Positions 40,401 to 52,400 of a DNA stretch of 64,000 nucleotides are shown piece after piece. Below the pieces are notes generated by a model. That model was not told the origin of the DNA. It worked only from the letters and a program-made list of their open reading frames with translations, and made no database searches. The DNA is from Pecten maximus (Eukaryota): positions 1,116,001 through 1,180,000 of the forward strand of contig NC_047030.1 in NCBI RefSeq assembly GCF_902652985.1. The letters are read 5' to 3'. Numbering within the stretch: position 1 is the stretch's first letter; each line of letters starts with the position of its first letter. The position numbers and the translations under genes are program-made.

Positions 40401-43400
40401 TTGCTAGTTTAGAACTAGATATATAGACTTACATGAAATAATCAGATTAGATGTGTCATCGTCGCGTGTAGGTATTCGGTATATCACGTTGCATAGGGTT
40501 AAACTTTCGATGCCCTCTTAAGGACAAATCCGTCAGCCTTAAACCAGCCTTTATATTACCAAGTTTTTACAATAAAGATGAACCTGCTTTACTGTTCTTC
40601 ATCAGTGTAATTATAGGTACCACTGGTGTATTGTCACTATGTTTACTCTATATGGACCATTCCCTTCCTGGTATTTTGGTTTATTCAGTTATATCAATAC
40701 ACATTCCTAATTTCTTTCGTCTCTTAGGTTGGTAATCAGAAAACAATAGACCGGGTTTTTAGTGGGGTATATGCTACCATGTCTAGTTTTGATATTTCAA
40801 TTTGATGACACTATAAATGGTCCTTGAGTTAAGCGGACGTAAAATTTAAAACAAGCAATCAACCAAACCAAATCGTAATGGTGTGTGAATTCTTCTAGTG
40901 GTAATTTGAATTATAAACATTTTTGTACAAAATATACCACATATATACATTTGCAGTAATTCACCTATATAGTTTTTTTATGAAGCAAAAAATATATGAT
41001 AATATCATACGCAGTCAATGTTGTCAATCATATGGATATCAATATCATTATTGCTCGCAAACCCAAATAACATTTTCGAAGAAACCATTACAATCAGGAA
41101 TAAGATTTACCATCAAATCTTACGACTTAAAGTACAATTTCCATGTACACTTAAAATCATTACATTAATGGCTTTCATGTAGAGTATTCAGCAGATCTTT
41201 TCTTTTTCTTTTTTCAAACAAAAGAGATCAAATATCGTTTAAGTATTCCAGCAAATCTCACGAGTTCCATGTACATTTAGAAAGTTCATCAATGGCTTTC
41301 ATATTAAGATTTTTTGTTTAGTTTTTCGAAGCAACAATAAAAACTCTTACATCTTTTAACAAAGGGTTTGAGATGAAACCTATGTTTCCTACTTAGGCAT
41401 GCATACATACAAGCTGTCAAATCAATCAAACATCCAAAGGATATCGACAAAGCAGAATACTGAGTGATATTAGAAGCGATATCACAGAAATAAAGACGTA
41501 TAATACCCGAAATTTCCTTACACAAAGATGCTATTTTGGGAGCGTTTATTGTTACATTGTTGGGTTCATGAAAGTAGGAAAGTACTTTTGTTTTTTGAAA
41601 TCTGAAGAATGGCGATTATAACAGATGCCATAGTGCAAATCTCTCCAACCCATGGATTTATGCTTTTCAAGTGGCTTTAGTGTGTTTCTCTTTCGGTTTA
41701 ATTGCAGCAATGACGTTTGAAGACAGATATTCCCTACTTCCGGTGGACCTGGAAGCGGAAGTAGATGCGGCGCTTACCGGAGACGGAAAGACGATCGATA
41801 AATATAAATCAAAAAGTGAGCTAATGATTTTATCGGCTACAATTCCTTACAAATAGACTTTAACACATGTACATAGAAAATTGATATTGCTGTACGTATG
41901 TTATAATAGCGCAAAATAGGGAGTGTTTTTTCTTACATCTTAAATACAAATTCACATAGAAGAAACAGTTTTTGGTGAAAGTTTATTCCTAGAGTCATCT
42001 AAATTCATTTCATGTTATACATTTTTTTTTTATTTGCAATCCCTGAATAGAAACGTCATTAGTATAGGATCCTGGATGATTATATCTTAAACATTTTATT
42101 TTCTTAAGTTGATTTGAAATTTGAACATCAGTTTGCTTCTTCACAATAGCTATATACATGATGCCATTTCCTTACGCTGTTCAAGAAATACATCTTTTGT
42201 AGTAATGTTTTCTTATAAATAATATCAATCAGTGATTAAAATGTACATAATCAAAGATATATTATAAACACATATTAAATGTTCTTTTGTAGATTATATA
42301 GCGTTACTGGTGGGTAGAAATGTTCCAGGACGAATCCCTGTATATACCCGCGCAGTAGCTGTGGTCAAGCTCAAGGTGACCAACGCTGGAGGTATCCAGT
42401 ATACGTTACGGCATGAACGGTAATAATACTACAGTTCAATATTTCTATTTCGCCGCTGTATACTGCCCGTGTGTATGTGCATTGTACCATTTTTTGGGAG
42501 GTGGCCATTTTGTACACGCTAGTGAAGTCAGGTACGACTTTGCATCAATTAAGCAGTCTAATCAGTAAGTATGTAAAGATAGTATATAGCCTATGTCAGT
42601 GGATTCCTTAGGGTTTCTCTATTCTACATCATTGACTGCTAAAGGTCATAAATATTTGAAAAAAGTACGATAGCCAGGTGATGATGTAGATTCGTACCTC
42701 TATATTACCAAAGATAAATAATCCTGTGGTAAGAGCTATGTCTTTGGTGCAAATGCTTAATGTATCTGGAGGTATTTCCCGGTCCTTACAACGGCACCAA
42801 TGTAACATCGAACATTGTTTTGAATACCACTTCAAGAGATCGAGCCCGAAACCTCTGACTGATTAAACCTGCGATTTCCCGAATGAACTCAGGAGAAAAT
42901 ATCATAAGCCATGCTAGCCAATCGTAACATTACCGCCAGTTCCGTCAAGACTCAAGCTGTTGCGACGTGTAGCAATTCACATAGGTTACATCAAACGATG
43001 ACTATTATACGTACAATGTGTCTGATAGCAATACGTAATCTAGAACGAAACGTCAAGCTGGTCAATTCCTAAAAACATTATTTCATGCAGATTTAAAAGA
43101 TATTAGACTGAACCCGAAACAATTAGAAACTTAAAAAATGTGGTCTGAATAAAATGTAGGAAAATGGCTCTCAAGCAGTATATCATCTAAACACCTACGT
43201 CTTGAGCACTTGTACAGAAGCCAAGCTGTGCTAATGAGACGCTGACTAATGAGGGTGTCTCAAGTGACACAAACTATACGTGTTTACCTCACATCAATCA
43301 AAGTCACGAATATAAACAGGTGGTTCCGTGTAGTCCTGCACGGGAGTTTGGAATTTCTGGGACACGTGGTTTTGTAATTTATATAGCAGATATAGATGAT

Positions 43401-46400
43401 ATTACACTCATGCCAATGTGAAAAACTGATGTCACTTGATTTTCTTTTTCGAATACACTTTAACTTGTTTGAGAATTCTATATAACATAAAGACAAGTGT
43501 TCGATTTTATTGATCATACTTCATTCCAATGGCATATTCAATTATCAATCGCGTAGAAAAATTAGTTCAATATTCCATAAAGACGAGAATAAGATTATGT
43601 TTAATACAGGCCTGGTATTAAGGAGCAAAAAAAACATGCTAATCATATTTCGCCTCGAACGGTACAAACGTCAATAAATACTGACCAATGGTCCTTTAAC
43701 ACAGTTGTAATACGTATGATCGCGGATAATTTTTAATGTCGTTTTGAGAGCCCAAGATAAAGACCCGCTGTATCCTAATGCAGGTTGATCGTAAGAGGCG
43801 ACTAAAAAAGGGACCCTACTGTATGTACTGCAATCCATTGAATGTAGGAGGCGACTAAAAGTGGGGCCCGGTAGAATCGGGTGTTAGAATGAAATCGTAG
43901 GAGGCGACTTAAAGTAGGTCCAATCGTAGGAGGCGACTTAAAGTAGGTCCAATCGTAGGAGGCGACTTAAAGTAGGTCCAATCGTAGGAGGCGACTTAAA
44001 GTAGGTCCAATCGTAGGAGGCGACTTAAAGTAGGTCCAATCGTAGGCAACTAAAATTGGGCCCGGTAGAATCGGGTGTTATAATGATATCGTAGGAGGCG
44101 ACTTAAAGTAGTTCAAATCGTACGAGGCGACTAAAAATGGGCCCAATCGTACGAGGCGACTAAATGTGGGCCCCTGTAGAATCTGGTAATGAAAAAAAAT
44201 CGTGGGAGGTGATAAAAAGTGGGGCCCCTGTAGAATCTGATTATAAAAAAAATTGTAGGAGGCGACTAAAAGTAAAAGTGGACCACTGTAGAATCGGGTG
44301 TTAGAATAGAATCGTAGAAGGTGACTAATGAAATAGAAGTTACCCCCTTTGCGTACGCTACATATGGTTACCCACTACTGGTCATTTGTGAGTCGAACAC
44401 AGCCCTGGCAGAGAGGAGAGAACCAAGGGAGGAAACCCTGCAGAATCGACCGTACGAATAAAATCGTAAGAGGCGACTAAAAGTGGTACCTTTCACAATC
44501 CGTGTTGGAATAAGAAACTTGCTTCAATTAATGTAGGAGGCGGCTAAAAGTGGGACTGCAGACCTGCAGACTTAGGGTTCCTTCTGTGTAGTTTGCTGAG
44601 GGAGCACCGGATATACTAAATTAATGTGTTACCTTCACACATTTTTGTCTTCAGCTCTTTCTGCCGTTTGTGTCTCCTTGAAACACGTACATGATATAGT
44701 AGGTTGGCGCATGAATATCAAAGCCCGTTGTCCTACACAATGATCGCCTATTTTGCCTCCGTCCAGATGACGATTTCCTGATCGTGGTTTGGTATGTAAT
44801 TGGGATTCCACACATCTTTTGTGGTAATGTTTGAGCTGACAGTGGGTGGTATATCTTTAAATTTCGTTTCTGATTCAGTTTGATTGAATTAAAGGGAAGT
44901 AAAGACGAAAAAAAAAATAAACGAAATAAACGTTTTGGTGTCGAATATTAACGTTTACTATTTTAGATAGCTGTATATTAATATTTCTTTCTGTAGGGTC
45001 GAACAAAAACCCGTGTTAATGATATCAACACGATGATTTGTATTGAATTTCAAAACACTGTAGAAAACACGAAGACTTTTCTAAGACACATTTTAGTGAT
45101 GTATATAACACGTAGTCAGTATGTGAACATCATCATCCTCAGTCTGACAGATACGTTATGTTTATAGTATCAAAGTACTAATTTGTTTTCAGTATCTAGC
45201 TCTTTCGGAATATCTATCATGCGAGACAGAAATTTCTGTTAAAATCATAAAAGGGTGATATATATATTCATATTCAATATTACGATGTTTTGGCATATCG
45301 ATTGAACGGGACAGAAAGTTCAGTTCAACATATGTCCAGACAGTTTGGGATTCGATAACAGAGGCATAGTTCCAGAGATGTTGGAATAGGCCATCAATCG
45401 TTTTTTCCTGTAAAGCTGATTCACTGTAATATACATATTATTTTATAGACGTTTTCCCTATTTCATTGATTTGGTAATATGGGTGTAATTTAAACATTTC
45501 GCCTTGCCACATGTGTAATATATTTATATACTTTGTATATAATAATTGGTGTAATATATGAATTATATATTATCCTTGGTGTAATATATACATTTTATGT
45601 TATCATTGGTGTAATATATACATTGTATATTATACTTAGTGTAATATATACATTGTATATTATCCTTGGTATAATATATACATTGTATATTATCCTTGGT
45701 GTAATATATAAATTGTATATTATCCTTGGTGTAATATATAAATTGTATATTATCCTTGGTGTAATATATACGTTGTATATTATCCTTGGTGTAATATATA
45801 CATTTTATGTTATCATTGGTGTAATATATAGATTGTATATTATCCTTGGTATAATATATAAATTGTATATTATCCTTGGGGTAATATATAAATTGTATGA
45901 CGGTTGTAATATAGACATTATATATTATAATGTGCGAAATATATACATGTACTTTGTATATCATTCTTGATATAATTGTAATTTATCCATTGTTTTATCA
46001 TTAATATATCACTGATGTAATATATAAATTGCATGATATTAGGGGTGTGATATCTATACAATGTATATTACCACGATATGGAATGCATACAATGAATTTT
46101 ATCAGGGATTTTATATAAACATTGTATGTTATCATATATGTTATATACACATTGCGTATATATAAACACATGTAGTGCAAACTAGAATAACAAACAATAT
46201 ATAAGATTAGATAATAAATTCTCTGAAACAATAATAGAAAAGCGCCATTCCTCTTATCTTACGAAATGTATAAACAATGTATAGAAATCATTTACATGAC
46301 AAAATAATAATTTTATTTTTCGAACGAAGAATTTTAAGCAAAACAAAAGTTATTACTGCACAACGATCTTAAGCCTGGTGTGGAATGTAAGGCTCCATGT

Positions 46401-49400
46401 TTCCGTTGTATACTTGAATCTTGAATGACCTACGGGTTGTGAACCGTACATAGGGAAGACTCTATCTTATCTTCATGCGCTGTTTGAATCCCTATTTAAA
46501 GGGTCTGAGTACGTGACAACGTCTATATGGGGTATTTTGGAATTTGAACCATACGTAGTTATTCCTGACTTCAGGTAGCGTTTCTTGTAAAGTTAAATCG
46601 TGTGCAACGAACTGAAGCCATTCGGACGAAAACCACCAAATTGATAGAGAAAAGAATTTTAAGAATATGTCCGTGCATTTTTCTCTTGTGTTTAAACATG
46701 TGATAAAACGCCCATAAATACTAGGTGCTTCTTCCTCTCATCCAGATCAGCAGACATCCATTGATGGCGATGGTAGATGATGCTCACGGTATTGTTTGCG
46801 GCGAAATAAACTTCATTATAACGGGGATAGGTATAGGCATTATCTTATCAACACAGACCCCGTTAGGAAGTATCAAGATTCACGTTAGGGTATACTTTGT
46901 GCCGTAAAAATATCATCTCCTCAGATTGTAAAGGTGAAATCTTAACGTCATTCGTGGCAGTCGTTCGTGCATTAGAGCTATCACGTGTAAATCTACGAGA
47001 ATGTACGGACATGACCCGTACATGCAATTTAATACACTCCACACCACCCTTTTCACAGATATTTCATTCAGAACCTTTTTCTACATTCCTTTAGAGAGCC
47101 TGTAGTAATGGCGTTTAACTTTGATATGTAGTAATCATTTTACTCCAGGCCATGTTATAAGATATAAGTTAACATATATACGTGGTGTCGGTTTATCTGA
47201 TCCTGGCCTATATGATTCTAATGACTGGGTGGTAGGCTCTGTTGGCGGACTTTTTAGTACCGAAGGTTTACTGTTACTCTGCATGCCACGTCAAATTATG
47301 ATGGATAATGATACAGGTTCCGTATAATTGGTCTATAAAAAATCCGTTCTCTTTCACACCATAAAATTTACAAATTTTGATAAAAAATATGGCGTCACAG
47401 AACATTTATATATTCTAACATTTATTAAGTCCAATATCGGTTCTCTTAATCTCATTTCTGTATTTCAACATTTTAAACTCCTATTATCTTCAAAAAGTAT
47501 ATATATATATACATGTATATATCAGTTTCAGTAATATGATTTGACATTTACACTATCTACCATTAAAAGATGTTATTTACAGTACCTGCTTGTTGCCTTC
47601 ATCGATATTGATCTCCCACCTGAACACCAAAGATCCGAAATTTCGGTTATAAATAAAGGGATATATTCACTTCACAATTGCAAGATTTTACAATTATTTT
47701 CAGCACCATAATGATGAGTCATGTCGAATATGTTTACTGAATATGCCGTCTGTGTATAGTTTATTATACATAGAGACTATTTTACAACCCACACATTGTA
47801 CAAGTTATTAAGTTACATATGCATCCTCATGCCTTTTCTACTTACATAAACAGTACACATAAATACCCTGTAAAGCTCACTCTTCTCTTCTATCTATCGT
47901 ATTTTTCTGGTAGTATAAAAATGGCTGTTTATACATTAGTTTTTGTATAGATTAACATTAATTAAGCTGCATTGCGATACATATAAAATATACATTTTAT
48001 AAGATGTAATCTTCATATACAGCATATCATTGATTACACATAATCATTTTACTCCGAGTGTGGTAGTACAGTTTTCAAAGCGAATGTTAGATAAATTATC
48101 CATCTTTCATTAGGAAGATGAAGTCATTTCATTGCTTCAATTCCTTCTCTCTACTGTGTGTGATTTTCCTTACCTGACAAATTGGCGGTATCAATTTATG
48201 TCTGTGTGTTTTTTTTGTTTGTTCGCACAGATTAAATCGGCCAAAATCCATTCAAATGATAGACAGAAACGGAAATGTGTTGATACAGAAGCGTCTGGAA
48301 GCTCCGACGGACGATAACAAGGTATTTTATGAACGGGAAAATCGTGATTAGTAGCACAGAAGAGAGGAAAAGGCATGCTATCTAAGATCGTCGGTAGACA
48401 CAATGGACGAAGAAGTAAAATGCTTTCTAACCCTCACTTTCCTTAATGTGTTTTAACAATTTAAAGATGTGTATATTGACTTTTTTTTATTCATCATGCC
48501 GATGTTTACTATCTTCATGTAATAGCTTATGACTTGATAAACGCTTATGTAGCACAGAAAGTTTCAAATCATACGAAAATCACATTTGTCATTTTCTGAT
48601 GTTTACTGTAAACGTATTTGTGAACTGGCAATTGAATATTAGTTGTATGAAAGCAGCTGTATTATAGTCTAGAATTTCGGTCATTGAAACTAGTGGCTCA
48701 AAACCATATCCTGCTTTATTTGAAGGAAAGTGACGAGCGCCAAATGTACAAGTACAGTTTAATAATACTCCGTTACCATGGTTTTATATCTTATCTATGT
48801 TTGGTTTGTTGGTCAATGGGCATCAGAAACAAAATATATAAATATCATAGTTTACATGGCGATCAGAAAATTGGCATGCCTTCTATTCTGTAAAATGAAA
48901 TATGTTTTTGTTTTATATGCATTTAAATTTGACCGAAAATATATAGTATCATGTTTTGTAATACTAACCAATTTAGAGTTGACTTCACAAGATTTATCGA
49001 AAAAACTACTTAAACCATTTTTTATATATTATTTACAAATCTATTTTTTCAAATATGAATTTTGCTTCTTTCGTGGCTATAAATGATTCTTTTATATCAA
49101 TATCAATCTTAAACGTTTCACAATTAAGCATCTTTTGTAACTCAAGCTGAATTAGAAGAGTAGTTCATATTTACGTGTTTTTATGTTTACACAAAATCAC
49201 ATTTTAAGCATTAAACTAAAATTAGACACCATGTACCATTAGATGATAGTTAAAATTCTTCGAGGGTTGGGTATTTATAGAAGACCCTAACCTATGTGTT
49301 AGATCGTGCCGTTATCGGGAATGTTACCACGAGATAATGCGTCACTCGTGGCATTTACCTAGTAATGAACCAGGTCTGGTTGTACCAAGCCCCATTAGCG

Positions 49401-52400
49401 AAATCTCACATAAGGAGATTTTTATCTCTACGTGATATTTCTTAATTCCTGAGACATATATTTTAGTTTGAATTGTAAGCTCTGATAATTGTGAATTTTA
49501 TCCCTGATTTTATATTATTTCTTTATGGGTTATTAAACTGAAGTTGATAGATTCGAGAAAGTTTAGTAATATGCACTGCTAATGACTGAGTAGTCAATCA
49601 TTGAACGTTATGTATTGAAGTAGTGTTCTTGGCGAACATATATATATATAATATGTATATGTATTTATGCCACTCAACACAAAACATGAATTACAATGTG
49701 CAGTTTAAAATGACCACCCTCAACGGTGACATAAATATGTATGTCACAAATATCGACAAAATCCAGCATTTTATTGGATCGTTAATAAACATTGTCTGTA
49801 TGATTCGAAGGAGTTTGTATCTGGTTCTATTCCAACACTATTGACACTATCAGGGTGTGAACTCTGGGGAGCGGCGCGGTTCTTTATGAATACACAAAAC
49901 GGAATATATGAAGTAGTAACCTGTTAAAACGGAAAAAGTTGTATATACCCTGATGGAATATGAAAAAAAACTAACTGATAGATGATAATATCGATAGAAA
50001 AACCATTCTACGCAAGAAAGGATGCTACAGTAAAATTATTGTTATAATTATTAAGATATTTTCTTTCTTGCAAAGCGCTGTCTCTGACGAAATTTCTATA
50101 CAAAGAGTTACTGGGAAATTTGCTCAAAGAGTACTTGTGGATAGATATTCGTGTATCACCAAAACTAGTATTGGATGCTATTGGATGTAGATGTTTCTGT
50201 CATTTTCATCAGGCTTAATGTTTCGTCTAATGAAAGTGACCTAGCCTCGCAAAAATCTTTTACTATTAGCCTATCGACTTACCAACACGTATAAAGTTTA
50301 TAATAGACAAGTTGATTTTTATAGTACTGTGGAGAATGGACGACAATACCTTTCTATTATCTCCGGTATCTACACAAAAAAGAAATCATCATCACCATAA
50401 CAACGTTTTCATACCCGGAAGGAGAAGTGAGCGGTAGGCCAGAAGTAGATACAAGACACAATCCAGGTATTTATCAGACATGTGATTCGTATGGACAATA
50501 TGCTAATTATCATTGTTTATTGAACAATAATTACTTCATAGATTCATCCATAAATCCTATTTTACATTCTGGGTAGGAATCTTATCCTTTAAGTCATTGT
50601 CATTGAACTGTTTAGTCACAAGTGGAACACTACATACATTTCATGATCTGAAAATGAATTACAAGCTTAAGATCGAAAAACCAGTTTCTAACCATTTTAT
50701 ATTTAAGTGTTAATGTATTCATCAAACTGATTTATTTGTTTATGAATATAGACATGTTGTGTTTTTTTCAGTCGTATATTTAAGTAAAAACACTAAAATG
50801 TACCTTATGTTTTTGTATAGAGACTTTTGGTGTCCTGCTGGTATCCCCAAAGTTAGACGGTACCGGCGGATATGCAGCTTTGACGTATGGTCTAAAGAAA
50901 AAGAGGATATCGTATACTATTATTCATGATGGACTATTTAACAGCAAACGTAAGTAGTAGATATTGACCAATTTGAAATGTACATTTGTTCATTAGAAAC
51001 TAAAAAGAGCTAGTTCGGATTTGCGAGATTGATAAGTGCGGTACAGATACAGATACCGAAAGTTATGGCAGATAAAATAAGCTATATGGAAATATAAAAA
51101 CGGGTGTTTTTAATTCCCTTTTTGGTAGCAAGGGTATTTTATTGTCAATCTGTCAATCTTTTCCATACCTCGAAAGGTCTTATTTATTGGCAGAAAAAAT
51201 CACGTTGTATTAGCACTGGACAAACCCTTGTCGAATATGGGTGTGATCTAGGTCATAGCATGAAAAAGAATTTTGCAGTCATACCCTTCTGAAATGACCT
51301 TTACCAGGAATATTGAAATTGGTGCAGTAACCCCAACAGTCAATGTTGAGGGAGGGAGAGTTATGGTGAGCCTTGCTTACATTCTTTTGTTTGTTGTTGA
51401 CCGACTAGTTCTGGTTCTGAGATGCTTCATCATTACGATATTCTAAGAAATTATTTGTCTTTTTTTTGTTACATCACTGAACCGGTCTAAAATATGTGAA
51501 CAGTATAATTCACATACTATAGAGCAGGGCATATAATTTAATCTAATTTTTGTTCTCACCCAAATTTAGCGCATTGGCAAAGTTTATCCGACCAACATAC
51601 TAATGAATTGACGGCTCATTATATCTGCAAAGTCATAAAGCAAAACCATACTTGAACGCAATATGGGCGCACATTGCTGAAGTATTTTACATATACACGT
51701 CTAACATTATCATAATTTATAAATATGTATGTATTCTTTTAGTTTGTCTTTCTCGCAGTCAATCCTAGTTTTATATTAGTAGGTAGGTTGTGGTAGAGAA
51801 CAAATGAGTTGCTAGTAAATGTCATATGTTGTGTTGATATAGCATTTATTATAGTTGATAGTATATGTTCACACTATCATGTAAACAAAGGGACAACTAC
51901 ACTAATTATTTGTATTGTTTTGTTAAGGTAAACGACAGGAATATTTCATAACCATTGAAAAGAGAACAAAGATTTTACACCAAAAGACACGAAAATCAAG
52001 ACGGAAGGTAAATACCAGAGTTTGATACCACAGGGCCTTGACATACCATGGTCTTTATACTAGAGGTCTATAACTCCCGTGTAAATGTGATACCACATAG
52101 CCTTGGCATACCGTGGTCTTTATACTAGAGGTCTATAACTCCCGTGTAAATGTGATACCACATAGCCTTGGCATACCGTGGTCTTTATACTAGAGGACTA
52201 TAGTCCCCGTGTAAATGTGATACCACAGGGCCTTGGCATACCGTGGTCTTTATACTAGAGGACTATAGTCCCCGTGTAAATGTGATACCACAGGGCCTTG
52301 ACATACCATGGTCTTTATACTAGAGGACTATAGTCCCCGTGTAAATGTGATACCACAGGGCCTTGGCATACCATGGTCTTTATACTAGAGGTCTATAACT

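Noticed and set aside
41671-41707. Apparent signal peptide at the start of ORF 41671-41856
   Set aside because: The hydrophobic stretch is the translated polypyrimidine tract; there is no in-frame ATG before it, and the exon starts after the AG at 41707.
43788-44550. CRISPR-like repeat/spacer appearance
   Set aside because: Eukaryotic intron with no cas genes; the spacers are related or identical to one another and irregular in length.
44997-45036. Strong acceptor (tttctttctgtag) in the CHRD1 intron
   Set aside because: Reaches a stop after ~13 codons in the required phase; exon 48231-48321 fits the homology instead.
45533-45970. Hydrophobic 145-aa and 133-aa ORFs, and the similar 113-aa ORF at 26342-26683
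   Set aside because: Translations of 30-bp and 27-bp tandem repeats.
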